Source: Candidatus Kaiserbacteria bacterium (lineage in GTDB: Bacteria; Patescibacteriota; Minisyncoccia; Phycocordibacterales; UBA2100). From it: a stretch of 55,020 nucleotides of DNA. Made by a program: the position numbers and the translations under genes. Of the stretch, positions 11,396-20,026 are shown piece by piece. The notes beneath the pieces were generated by a model that saw only the letters and a program-made list of their open reading frames with translations, was not told the origin of the DNA and made no database searches. The number at the start of each line of letters is the position of its first letter. Position 1 is the stretch's first letter. The stretch is from the NCBI GenBank assembly GCA_027082835.1, contig JALWTP010000025.1, positions 1 to 55,020 of the forward strand. The letters are read 5' to 3'.

Positions 11396-12079
11396 ATGAA
11401 AAGTAAAAAGGTGGTGAATAAAGATTTTTTTAAAAACTGGTCAAGTGAAATGGCGTATGTGTTAGGATTTTTTGCTGCCGATGGATATATGTGGGAAAGT
11501 GCACGAGGTGCATATTTTTTTGGTTTTCAGATTAAAGATAAGAATTTGCTGTATAAAATAAGAAAAATATTAAATTCAAACCATAAAATTGCTCAGAGAA
11601 TCAGTAAAAATAGTAATTGGCATGATAGTTATAGATTACAGATTGGTAGCAAGGAAATGTTCAATGATCTCTTAATGCTTGGTATGACTCCTGCAAAGAG
11701 TAAGACACTCACATTTCCTAAAATTCCAAAAGAATATTTGAAAGATTTTATACGAGGTTATTTTGATGGTGATGGAAATGTGTATTTTAAAAAACATTTT
11801 GCAAAAGATAGGGGAAAAGATAGATGGGTCTTTCAAACGCGATTTACATCTGCAAGCAGAAGGTTTCTAAAAGAAATACAAGAAAGATTAAAAAAGAAAT
11901 ATATACAGGGCGGATACATTTACCAAAAACAACGAGGATATGAACTGGTATTCAGTCATCGCGATAGTATTGCTTTATATGAATTAATGTATAATAATAC
12001 TGCAACAAGTTTGTATTTACGGCGCAAAAAAGATATTTTTGAAAAAGCGTTGCGAACTTTGTACCATAAGGGGACGTAG
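11396..12079 (+). CDS. Double-motif LAGLIDADG homing endonuclease
   Basis: Two LAGLIDADG motifs, VLGFFAADGYM and IRGYFDGDGNVY. The stop codon TAG (12077-12079) lies inside tRNA-Asp. Confidence 0.8.
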   Translation: MKSKKVVNKDFFKNWSSEMAYVLGFFAADGYMWESARGAYFFGFQIKDKNLLYKIRKILNSNHKIAQRISKNSNWHDSYRLQIGSKEMFNDLLMLGMTPAKSKTLTFPKIPKEYLKDFIRGYFDGDGNVYFKKHFAKDRGKDRWVFQTRFTSASRRFLKEIQERLKKKYIQGGYIYQKQRGYELVFSHRDSIALYELMYNNTATSLYLRRKKDIFEKALRTLYHKGT

Positions 12080-12142
12080 CTCAGCCGGTAGAGCACTGCC
12101 TTGTCACGGCAGGGGTCGCGGGTTCAAGTCCCGTCGTTCCCG
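12070..12142 (+). tRNA. tRNA-Asp(GUC)
   Basis: GGGGACG/CGTTCCC acceptor, GCTC-AGCCGGTA-GAGC, CTGCC-TTGTCAC-GGCAG, GCGGG-TTCAAGT-CCCGT. Confidence 0.9.
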
Positions 12143-12148
12143 CATTAC

Positions 12149-12176
12149 AAAAAAACAGCCCGTATGGGCGTTTTTT
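12149..12176 (+). terminator. Rho-independent terminator (repeated at 12361-12388)
   Basis: aaaaaaacaGCCCgtatGGGCgtttttt. Confidence 0.65.
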
Positions 12177-12217
12177 GTTGCGGAAACGAAACAACAGTGC
12201 CTGCGCACTGTTGTGGC

Positions 12218-12340
12218 GGGACTTGAAAAGAGCGAGCATATCGGAGGAGGTACGACGACGATGTGAGCGGCGGGGTCGCGTAGCTTAGTATTTTAGAGTG
12301 CGGAGCACGAATAAAATAGTTAGCGAAGGTGACCAAGTCC
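12218..12340 (+). ncRNA. Candidate structured element (three-way junction), tRNA-Asp-linked copy
   Basis: Anti-T box GGGACTTGAA 12218-12227; hairpin CATATCG/CGATGTG 12237-12265; long hairpin 12274-12334; closing partner CAAGTCC 12334-12340. Confidence 0.4.
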
Positions 12341-12483
12341 TTACATTGCTCTCGCATTACAAAAAAACAGCCCGTATGGGCGTTTTTTGTTGCGGAAACG
12401 AAACTACAGTGCCTGCGCACTGTTGTGGCGGGACTTGAAAAGAGCGAACGATACACTTTTCTGCAAGAATTCAAGTGGCACAG

Positions 12484-12515
12484 AACAAATGTATCGATTA
12501 ATCGATACATTTGTT
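12484..12515. terminator. Perfect 15-bp palindrome; likely bidirectional terminator
   Basis: AACAAATGTATCGAT-TA-ATCGATACATTTGTT between the tRNA region (+) and the convergent flavoprotein gene (-). Confidence 0.6.
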
Positions 12516-12528
12516 TTATATCAATCAT

Positions 12529-13791
12529 CTATTTTAATTTTTCAATTATATCCCTCGCGGCGACATGTGCTGTTGTCCAGCAGAGTTGAAGTGAAAATCC
12601 GCCTGAGGGTCGGTTGATATTAAGCAAATCGCCGAGTATATAGAGGTTAGGAACAATTCTAGAAGTCATATTTTTAAAGTCCACCTCTTCCAATTTTACA
12701 CCGCCGTCTGAAAGGACTGCACGATCAAGACCCATAGTTCCAACAATAGGAAAACCAAGTGCCTGCATGGTTTTCACCAATTTTTTCCGCTCGTCTTTGG
12801 TTATGGAATGCACACTCACTTCTCCGAGCGAGAGGTCTGATAGAAATATAACAGTGTGTGCGAGACTCTTGGGAAGGATCTCCGGCAAGACATTACGAAG
12901 TTTCTTGTTTTTATTATTATCAAATAATCTCACTACACGCTTATCTAAATCGTGCTCATTAGTATCTGGAAAGAGATTTATTTCAGCATGTACCGGTCCC
13001 TTTTTAAGGAGCTCACTTACCTCATGCGAAGAATTCAATACCAACGGTCCCGATATACCAAAGTGAGTGAAAAGAATCTTTCCTTTCTTCTTGAGTTTAG
13101 TTTTTCCATTTTGTTTAAATCGCAGTTCCATAAACGAAACCGATGTTCCCGACAGTTTATGCACCCACTTCGCATCTGTTTTAAGAGGAACGACATTTGC
13201 AGATGGTTTTGAAACACTGTGGCCCGCAGTAGAAAGGAACGCGAAGCCATCTCCGGTAGAACCCGTTTCAGGTGCCGCCATTCCTCCTGTTGCCAATACT
13301 ATATATGGCGCTTCATAGACAGTTCCGTTTTTCAAAAGAACCCCTTTGGCAATTCCGTCTTTAAAGAGTACTTTACGCACTGGGGAACTTGTCTGTACAT
13401 TTACTCTATTTTTCTTAAGTTCTTTTCGCAGAACCGCAGTCACATCAGTAGCTTTTTGTGATTTGGGAAAGACTCGGTTGCGCGCTTCGGTAACCAGTGG
13501 AAGTCTGCGACTTTCAAAAAAGGTAAAAGTGTCTTGTGCTGAAAATTGTGAGAAAGGCGAGTGAAGGAATTTTTTTGCCTCAGGGAAGTTGTCCAAAAAC
13601 TTTGCAACTTCAAATGTGGCATTGGTTATGTTGCATCGTCCTCCGCCGGTGATAGAGAGTTTCTTGCCAAGTTCATTATTTTTCTCCAAAAGCACCACCT
13701 TTAGCCCTTTGGATGCAAGAATACCCGCACACATCATACCTGACGCGCCTCCTCCCACTACTATGACATCTGTTTTTTGTACACTACTCAT
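12529..13791 (-). CDS. FAD-dependent oxidoreductase, HI0933/BaiN-like family
   Basis: DVIVVGGGASGMMCAG dinucleotide-binding motif and SITGGGRCNITN signature; 420 aa. Confidence 0.8.
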   Translation of the reverse strand: MSSVQKTDVIVVGGGASGMMCAGILASKGLKVVLLEKNNELGKKLSITGGGRCNITNATFEVAKFLDNFPEAKKFLHSPFSQFSAQDTFTFFESRRLPLVTEARNRVFPKSQKATDVTAVLRKELKKNRVNVQTSSPVRKVLFKDGIAKGVLLKNGTVYEAPYIVLATGGMAAPETGSTGDGFAFLSTAGHSVSKPSANVVPLKTDAKWVHKLSGTSVSFMELRFKQNGKTKLKKKGKILFTHFGISGPLVLNSSHEVSELLKKGPVHAEINLFPDTNEHDLDKRVVRLFDNNKNKKLRNVLPEILPKSLAHTVIFLSDLSLGEVSVHSITKDERKKLVKTMQALGFPIVGTMGLDRAVLSDGGVKLEEVDFKNMTSRIVPNLYILGDLLNINRPSGGFSLQLCWTTAHVAARDIIEKLK

Positions 13792-13860
13792 ACGGTATAG
13801 ATAGCTTCAGTATCCACAGATATTGTGCATCGTCAATGAACATTGTAGTATTACGTCTAA

Positions 13861-13936
13861 GCCGAGATAGCTCAGTCGGTAGAGCGCTCCCATGGTAAGG
13901 GAGAGGTCACGAGTTCGAATCTCGTTCTTGGCTCCA
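13861..13936 (+). tRNA. tRNA-Thr(GGU), CCA encoded
   Basis: GCCGAGA/TCTTGGC acceptor, CTCCC-ATGGTAA-GGGAG, ACGAG-TTCGAAT-CTCGT, ends TCCA. Confidence 0.9.
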
Positions 13937-13969
13937 AAAATACAGAAATCCAGACTGTGTTTTACATAA

Positions 13970-14042
13970 GCCAACCTAGCTCATCTGGTAGAGCAACGGT
14001 ATCGTAAACCGTAGGTACGGGGTTCGAGTCCCCGGGTTGGCT
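13970..14042 (+). tRNA. tRNA-Thr(CGU)
   Basis: GCCAACC/GGTTGGC acceptor, ACGGT-ATCGTAA-ACCGT, CGGGG-TTCGAGT-CCCCG. Confidence 0.9.
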
Positions 14043-14043
14043 C

Positions 14044-14907
14044 ATGACTAAAGAACGCATACACGAGATAGAAGCACTGATGCAACAGCCTAACTTTTGG
14101 GATGATTCTGCACATGCGCAATCGCTCATTAAAGAATTGCAGGAATTAAAAGACGCACAAGAAGGTTTGGGAAAATACGATAAAGGACCGGCGATAGTAA
14201 GTATACTCTCCGGCGCCGGAGGAGATGATGCGGAAGACTTCTCCGCGATACTTTTTCATATGTATCGCAAGTTTATAGAAAGCAAGGGATGGGAGGCGGT
14301 AGTGTTAGATGAAAATGTGAGCTCAGCGGGGTACAGAAGTGTTTCGTTTGAGGTTGCCGGCAAGGGTGCCTACGGCACCCTTGCCGGCGAGTCCGGTGTA
14401 CATCGCCTTGTGCGCATTAGTCCATTCAATGCGCAAGGAAAACGCCAGACCAGCTTTTCGTTGGTGGAAGTACTGCCGAAACTCCCTGAGGTAAGCGAAG
14501 TTGCCATTGCCGACAGCGATATAGAAGTGAGCTTTGCGCGCTCAGGCGGCGCCGGCGGGCAAAATGTAAACAAAGTGGAAACTGCGGTACGGATAACACA
14601 CATCCCGACGGGTATTACGGTAAAGTGTACGGCAGAGCGCTCTCAAGAGCGTAACAGAGAAAAAGCAATGAATATCTTGCGTGGGAAATTGTATAAGAAA
14701 CAATTAGAAGACAACGAAAAGTTAGAAAAAGGACTTTCTGTGTCAGCTGATACAAAGATAGAATGGGGAAGTCAGATTCGTTCGTATGTGTTACATCCAT
14801 ACAAAAAAGTGAAAGACCACCGCAGTGGATTTGAGACGAGTGATGTAGAGGCAGTACTAGGTGGCAACTTGAGCGACCTCATACAGAGCAATAGACAGAT
14901 TAAGTAA
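14044..14907 (+). CDS. prfB: Peptide chain release factor 2, short form (287 aa) with no frameshift site
   Basis: SPF tripeptide ([15 protein letters not shown]) and GGQ ([25 protein letters not shown]). The ATG is 2 nt after tRNA-Thr. Confidence 0.85.
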   Translation: MTKERIHEIEALMQQPNFWDDSAHAQSLIKELQELKDAQEGLGKYDKGPAIVSILSGAGGDDAEDFSAILFHMYRKFIESKGWEAVVLDENVSSAGYRSVSFEVAGKGAYGTLAGESGVHRLVRISPFNAQGKRQTSFSLVEVLPKLPEVSEVAIADSDIEVSFARSGGAGGQNVNKVETAVRITHIPTGITVKCTAERSQERNREKAMNILRGKLYKKQLEDNEKLEKGLSVSADTKIEWGSQIRSYVLHPYKKVKDHRSGFETSDVEAVLGGNLSDLIQSNRQIK

Positions 14908-14946
14908 TGCAAGGTATGCAATAGATGCACTTTGTGTACCGTGTGC

Positions 14947-14980
14947 CTGCTTGTATAATAGATACAAGCAGATCGTTTTG
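14947..14980 (+). terminator. Rho-independent terminator after prfB
   Basis: CTGCTTGTAT-aatag-ATACAAGCAG 10-bp stem followed by a T-rich tail. Confidence 0.6.
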
Positions 14981-15024
14981 TTGGTATATCTGTATTTGAT
15001 TATGAATAGATCTGAAATAATGCA

Positions 15025-15705
15025 ATGATTCGTTTTGAAAAAGTAACAAAATTTTATAATGGAGGTCCTGCGGCTGTAGATAACATCACGCTTTCTATTG
15101 AATCAGGAGAGCTTGTTTCCATTGTGGGTCAATCAGGCGCCGGCAAATCCACTCTGCTCAAAATGATTTTTGCAGAGGAACAGCCAAGCGAAGGAAAGGT
15201 GTTTTTTGAAGACAGAGATATAGCTACAATGAACAAAAAAGAACTGAATGTAATGCGCAGAAAAATCGGTGCGGTGTTCCAAGACTTCAGACTGCTACCT
15301 AAAAAGACCGTGTACGAAAACATTGCGTTTGCTATGGAAGCTGCGGGTCAGTCTGAGGAAAATATCGTGTCAGATGTGCCGTATGTTCTTGATCTTGTAG
15401 ACTTAAGTGAAAAGATGGACAATTTTCCACACGAACTCTCCGGTGGAGAACAGCAACGAATAGCTATAGCGCGCGCCATCGTGAATCAGCCCGATATTGT
15501 GGTGGCAGATGAGCCAACGGGAAACCTTGATCCGATAAGTGCGTATGAGGTAGTGCAGATACTGAAAAAAATAAACGATCTTGGAACAACGGTTATACTC
15601 TCCACACACAACAAAGAAATAATAGAATCCCTTGAGGAGCGGGTGATTACTATGGATCAAGGAAAGATTACTCGAGACGACAAAAGCGGAAAGTATGTTT
15701 TGTAG
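15025..15705 (+). CDS. ftsE: Cell division ABC ATPase FtsE
   Basis: Walker A GQSGAGKST, signature LSGGEQQR, Walker B VVADEPTGNLD; followed by ftsX. Confidence 0.85.
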   Translation: MIRFEKVTKFYNGGPAAVDNITLSIESGELVSIVGQSGAGKSTLLKMIFAEEQPSEGKVFFEDRDIATMNKKELNVMRRKIGAVFQDFRLLPKKTVYENIAFAMEAAGQSEENIVSDVPYVLDLVDLSEKMDNFPHELSGGEQQRIAIARAIVNQPDIVVADEPTGNLDPISAYEVVQILKKINDLGTTVILSTHNKEIIESLEERVITMDQGKITRDDKSGKYVL

Positions 15706-15723
15706 TATAATAAATCACTGTAT

Positions 15724-16671
15724 ATGAATACATGGACAAACATAAAAAGAATTTCAAGAACAGGATTTATCGGATTTCTTCGTAATGGATTTATTTCACT
15801 CGCAACCGTTCTCATTATGGCAACAATGCTGTTTGTTATGGGAACACTAATGACTATGAATGCCGCTTTGAGCTCAACACTCACTCAACTGCAAAATAAA
15901 GTAGACATCAATGTTTATTTCGTACAAGACGCACCAGAAAAAGATATACTCGCTTTGAAGGATTCAATCTCTCAGCTTCCTGAAGTGGCTTCTGTAGAGT
16001 ATATTTCAAGCGACAAAGCACTGGAGCAGTTCAAAGAGCGACACAAAAACGACCAAATAACACTGCAGTCACTTGAAGAGTTAGACAAAAATCCACTTGG
16101 TGCATCGCTGGCAGTGCGAGCAAAACAAACAAGCCAATACGAAGGAATTGCAAAATTTTTAGACAAAGAAGATGTTGTTGGTGGTAGCAAAAATGCAATT
16201 ATCAAAAATATAAACTACTATCAAAACAAATCAGCTATAGACAAGCTGACACAAATTATTAGCGCGTCGCGAAGTTTCGGACTTCTATCTACCATATTCT
16301 TGGCAGTCATTTCTATACTTATTGTATTTACCACTATTCGATTGGCTATATACACCACAAAAGATGAGATAGGAGTGATGCAGTTGGTAGGGGCGTCAGA
16401 TTGGTATGTGCAGGGGCCGTTTATTATTGAGGGAGCATTGTATGGATTTGCGGGAGGGATTGTTTCTCTGATAGCACTCTATCCGTTCGCACTGTGGCTT
16501 GGAGCTCCATCGCAGGCACTGCTTGGGTCATTTAATGTGTATACCTATTATGTAAGCCACATTGGTTTGTTGTTTTTTGTACTCGTAGGAGCTGGATCTT
16601 TCTTGGGAGCAATCGCAAGTCTGGCGGCAGTAAGGCGGTATTTACGGTACAAAGTAGCAAAACAGGTTTAA
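15724..16671 (+). CDS. ftsX: Cell division permease FtsX
   Basis: N-terminal TM, periplasmic domain, three C-terminal TM helices (FtsX topology); operon with ftsE. Confidence 0.8.
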   Translation: MNTWTNIKRISRTGFIGFLRNGFISLATVLIMATMLFVMGTLMTMNAALSSTLTQLQNKVDINVYFVQDAPEKDILALKDSISQLPEVASVEYISSDKALEQFKERHKNDQITLQSLEELDKNPLGASLAVRAKQTSQYEGIAKFLDKEDVVGGSKNAIIKNINYYQNKSAIDKLTQIISASRSFGLLSTIFLAVISILIVFTTIRLAIYTTKDEIGVMQLVGASDWYVQGPFIIEGALYGFAGGIVSLIALYPFALWLGAPSQALLGSFNVYTYYVSHIGLLFFVLVGAGSFLGAIASLAAVRRYLRYKVAKQV

Positions 16672-16709
16672 TTATTAGCATAATATACGCGTAGTACGCG
16701 TTTAAGCGC

Positions 16710-18371
16710 ATGGCAAAAAAAGGACACAAATACATATTCGTGATAGGAGGAGTTATGTCTGGAGTGGGGAAAGGAGTCACTACAGCATCTATTGGAAAAG
16801 TATTACAGGCGAATGGCTATAAGGTCAACTTGGTAAAAGTTGACCCCTATTTAAATGTAGATGCGGGAACAATGAACCCGATTGAACACGGCGAGGCATT
16901 TGTGCTTCGCAGTGGACTTGAAACCGACCAAGATATGGGCAATTACGAGAGATTTCTCGGGAGAGATTTGCCCGAAGAGAATTATGTAACCAGTGGTATG
17001 GTGTATCGTGATGTTATTGAGCGCGAGAGGAATCTTGGCTACGATGGCAAATGTGTGGAAGCGATACCGCACATACGCGATGAGATAATCAATCGTTTTG
17101 AAAAGGCGGCAGCAATAAACGGCTCGCAGATAAGTGTCATAGAAGTAGGTGGTACTGTTGGGGACTTTCAGAATGCTATGTTTATAGAAGCGTCACGTGT
17201 TATGAAAGCAAAGTATCCTGAAGATGTACTATATATAATGGTGACCTATTTACCGGTGCCTCCAAAGATCGGCGAGATGAAAACCAAACCAACTCAAAAT
17301 GCCATACGACAGCTGAATTCATACGGAGTACAACCAGACTTCATTATTGGTCGTTCTGAGGAAGTACTTGATAGCCGCCGGAAAGACAAAATTGCACAGC
17401 AATGCAACATAAAGCCAAATCATGTTATTTCAGCACCGGACATTGAGAGTATTTATGATGTACCTCTCAATTTTGAGCGAGACAATTTATCGGGACTTAT
17501 ATTAGAACAGCTCCACTTGCGTAAAAAGCACAAAAAAGTGGCAATGACACTCTGGGAGGACTTTGTAAAGAAAGTACACAATCCAAAAAAAGAAATAAAT
17601 ATAGCGATAGTGGGAAAATATTTCTCGTCGGGCGACTTTGTTTTATCTGATGTGTATATATCGGTTATAGAAGCTATCAAGTTTTCCAGTTTCTCTCTTG
17701 GAGCGAAGCCAAAACTTACTTGGATTTCATCACAGGACTTTGAGTCAGGAAAACTACCGCTTTCAACATTAAAAAAGTATGACGGTGTTATCGTTCCCGG
17801 AGGGTTTGGCACGACAGGTATTGATGGTATTATTCGTGCTATACAGTACGCGCGAGAGAATAAAATACCGTATCTTGGATTGTGTTATGGTATGCAACTC
17901 GCCGTCATTGAATATGCACGCAATGTGGTGGGTATCAAAGATGCAACAACACGCGAAATGGATCCTGATGCCGAAAACTTGGTAATTGACATTATGGAGG
18001 ATCAAAAAAAGAAGCTGGAAGAGAGAAACTATGGAGGTACGATGCGACTTGGCGTATATCCAGCTGAAATTACAAAAGGGACTTTGGCGCACAAAGCATA
18101 CGGTGAAGATATGGTGGAAGAGCGACACCGACATCGATATGAAGTAAACCCTCAGTACATAGAAAGATTAGAAGAGAAGGGAATGGTCTTTTCGGGTACT
18201 TCGCCCGATGGAACACTTATGGAAATTGCAGAACTACCGGCAAAGGTGCATCCGTTTTTTGTTGCAACACAATTCCATCCCGAATTACAGGCAAAGCCAC
18301 TTACTCCACACCCGCTATTTACAGCGTTTGCTAAAAGTGCCATCAAACGATCTATGCACAGCAGTAAATAA
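16710..18371 (+). CDS. pyrG: CTP synthase
   Basis: KYIFVIGGVMSGVGKG N-terminus and glutamine amidotransferase domain with GLCYGMQ. Confidence 0.92.
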   Translation: MAKKGHKYIFVIGGVMSGVGKGVTTASIGKVLQANGYKVNLVKVDPYLNVDAGTMNPIEHGEAFVLRSGLETDQDMGNYERFLGRDLPEENYVTSGMVYRDVIERERNLGYDGKCVEAIPHIRDEIINRFEKAAAINGSQISVIEVGGTVGDFQNAMFIEASRVMKAKYPEDVLYIMVTYLPVPPKIGEMKTKPTQNAIRQLNSYGVQPDFIIGRSEEVLDSRRKDKIAQQCNIKPNHVISAPDIESIYDVPLNFERDNLSGLILEQLHLRKKHKKVAMTLWEDFVKKVHNPKKEINIAIVGKYFSSGDFVLSDVYISVIEAIKFSSFSLGAKPKLTWISSQDFESGKLPLSTLKKYDGVIVPGGFGTTGIDGIIRAIQYARENKIPYLGLCYGMQLAVIEYARNVVGIKDATTREMDPDAENLVIDIMEDQKKKLEERNYGGTMRLGVYPAEITKGTLAHKAYGEDMVEERHRHRYEVNPQYIERLEEKGMVFSGTSPDGTLMEIAELPAKVHPFFVATQFHPELQAKPLTPHPLFTAFAKSAIKRSMHSSK

Positions 18372-18433
18372 CAAGACAAAAGCTATGCGGTATACTGATA
18401 TAAAGTTATTTAATTAATATCAATTTTCTTTTT

Positions 18434-18949
18434 ATGAATATACATCCACTTTTTGTGCATTTTCCAATAGGGTTATTGGTGATATATGTACTTTTAGAAT
18501 TATTACCTTCTAGCTTGGAGCGGAAATATCCATGGTTGCGCAATACAAAGATTTTCTTGCTCATTATGGGTACGGGCGCAGGATTCTTTGCCCTTGGAAC
18601 AGGAGATATGGCGGGAGAGATAGTGGGGGAAAATGCGTTAGTGGAAACACACGCGGCTTTTGCAGGGTCTACCATAGTTTTATTTTCTTCTTTGACCGTT
18701 ATATATCTATTTGATGTATTGAGAAAGATGGGGATTTTGTCTGTAATACTCAGATTGAGCTTCATATTCAAAGGAATTATATTGTGGCTTGAAAAAATAG
18801 CGCGGGCGCTACGAAGGCCTTGGATAGTTGGTATTTTGGCGATAGTAGGGTTTATGCTTATATCTATTACCGGAGGACTTGGTGCAAGTATAGCCTATGG
18901 ACCGGATATAGATCCACTTGTAGGATTTATCTACCATTTATTCTTTTAA
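18434..18949 (+). CDS. Membrane protein, DUF2231-like
   Basis: MNIHPLFVHFPIGLL N-terminal motif; 4-5 TM helices. Confidence 0.45.
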   Translation: MNIHPLFVHFPIGLLVIYVLLELLPSSLERKYPWLRNTKIFLLIMGTGAGFFALGTGDMAGEIVGENALVETHAAFAGSTIVLFSSLTVIYLFDVLRKMGILSVILRLSFIFKGIILWLEKIARALRRPWIVGILAIVGFMLISITGGLGASIAYGPDIDPLVGFIYHLFF

Positions 18950-18955
18950 GGTAAA

Positions 18956-19831
18956 CTAAATATGCACTACGATTTCAATAGGATTGTGGTCTGAGTTCGT
19001 AAATCCAAAATCAAGAGCGTGTATTTCTTGTATTGATACTCCGGGCGAGCAAACAAAACCGTCAATAATTGCAGTCCCTGTTTTCCCTTTAATATATCCA
19101 TTATTAGTTGCGCGCACTGACGGCGTTTCTTCACTAAAGCTTAGTTGCCATCCCTGTGGTAGTTTTTCAGTTGGGAAAGAGATGTTTGTTAGATTTTTAC
19201 ATTCTTCGCTACTTTTTGTGCGTTTTAAATTCATATTCCAATCAGCGCCAATAACCACTTCGTATCCTTTTTTATATAAAATATTTCCATACTGTAATAC
19301 TTCTTCGCACTGCTCCATCTTAATATCTGTATTTGCATCAAATGATGCAAGGTGTGTATTTATAACCGCTAACTTTTTTCCGTTTAATGTTATATATGAC
19401 GCTAAAAAGCTATCCTTTCTTTTAAATACTTTATAGTATGTCTCACTTTTTTTGTACCGTATTATCTCATAGCGAATATCTTTGTATTTGCTATTCATAT
19501 AAGTACTGAGTCCATGTTCATTTCGCAAGAACTTGGTCATAAGTGGTATTTTAAAATTGGGTGCAAACGAATAAGTGAAGTCTTTAAGACTCCGTACCAC
19601 ATATTTTTCAAGATTGTGCCAATAGTTCAATAGGCTTCCTCGTGATATTTCTTGGAGTAAAAATACATCGGCATCATGGTTTGCGATGGCTTCTTTTATA
19701 CCATGTATGTTTCTACGAACAGCAAAAAAAGATGAAGGAATATATCTTCTTCCTCCTGCCATTTTTATATCTGCCTCTTTGCCCATACCGCCAAAACCGA
19801 CATTCCAAGTAACTATTTTCAGTGTATGCAT
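18956..19831 (-). CDS. Endonuclease/exonuclease/phosphatase (EEP) family protein
   Basis: KIVTWNVGFG, DVFLLQEI, NTHLASFD, GADWNM, SDHNPIE motifs. ATG at 19831 preferred over 19924. Confidence 0.75.
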   Translation of the reverse strand: MHTLKIVTWNVGFGGMGKEADIKMAGGRRYIPSSFFAVRRNIHGIKEAIANHDADVFLLQEISRGSLLNYWHNLEKYVVRSLKDFTYSFAPNFKIPLMTKFLRNEHGLSTYMNSKYKDIRYEIIRYKKSETYYKVFKRKDSFLASYITLNGKKLAVINTHLASFDANTDIKMEQCEEVLQYGNILYKKGYEVVIGADWNMNLKRTKSSEECKNLTNISFPTEKLPQGWQLSFSEETPSVRATNNGYIKGKTGTAIIDGFVCSPGVSIQEIHALDFGFTNSDHNPIEIVVHI

Positions 19832-20026
19832 TGTGCAATAATAGCAGAAAGATATTGAGCGTCCTAATTTTATGTGTATTATATAAGGACTGTTGTGTCC
19901 AATAGGATTTTGACCCACAGACAAAGCAGTTCACAGATGTCCGAGGTGACACCTCGCACACACCTCGCACAGCTTAAATAGAGTATCTAGGTTTTCGAAC
20001 CTTATCAAAATCGAAGTACAACACAT

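Larger units (their letters stand above)
12141..12447 (+). repeat. 95-nt direct repeat (12141-12235 and 12353-12447), offset 212 bp, starting at the tRNA-Asp 3' end
   Basis: cgcattacaaaaaaacagcccgtatgggcg...gggacttgaaaagagcga occurs twice with one mismatch (aacaac vs aactac). Confidence 0.9.

Noticed and set aside
12244-12266. GGAGGAGG Shine-Dalgarno-like sequence followed by a start-stop mini-ORF (ATG TGA) inside the tRNA-Asp-linked element
   Set aside because: The homologous tRNA-Met-linked copy has no equivalent SD plus ATG-TGA, and the bases are better explained as the loop and 3' strand of the covarying hairpin.
10966-12617. Minus- and plus-strand ORFs across the tRNA-linked elements (10966-11229, 10979-11233, 12039-12266, 12145-12528, 12329-12589, 12387-12617)
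   Set aside because: They overlap tRNA genes, terminators and the duplicated non-coding modules. The similarity between loci is preserved at the level of RNA-type pairing, not reading frame.
19940-20015. Small palindromes and a direct repeat (CGAGGTG-ac-CACCTCG, acacctcgcac x2, AGGTT-ttcg-AACCT) between the EEP gene and tRNA-Gln
   Set aside because: They are short and unsupported by any second copy or recognisable operator or regulator. They could be promoter or operator sequence, but this cannot be substantiated from sequence alone.
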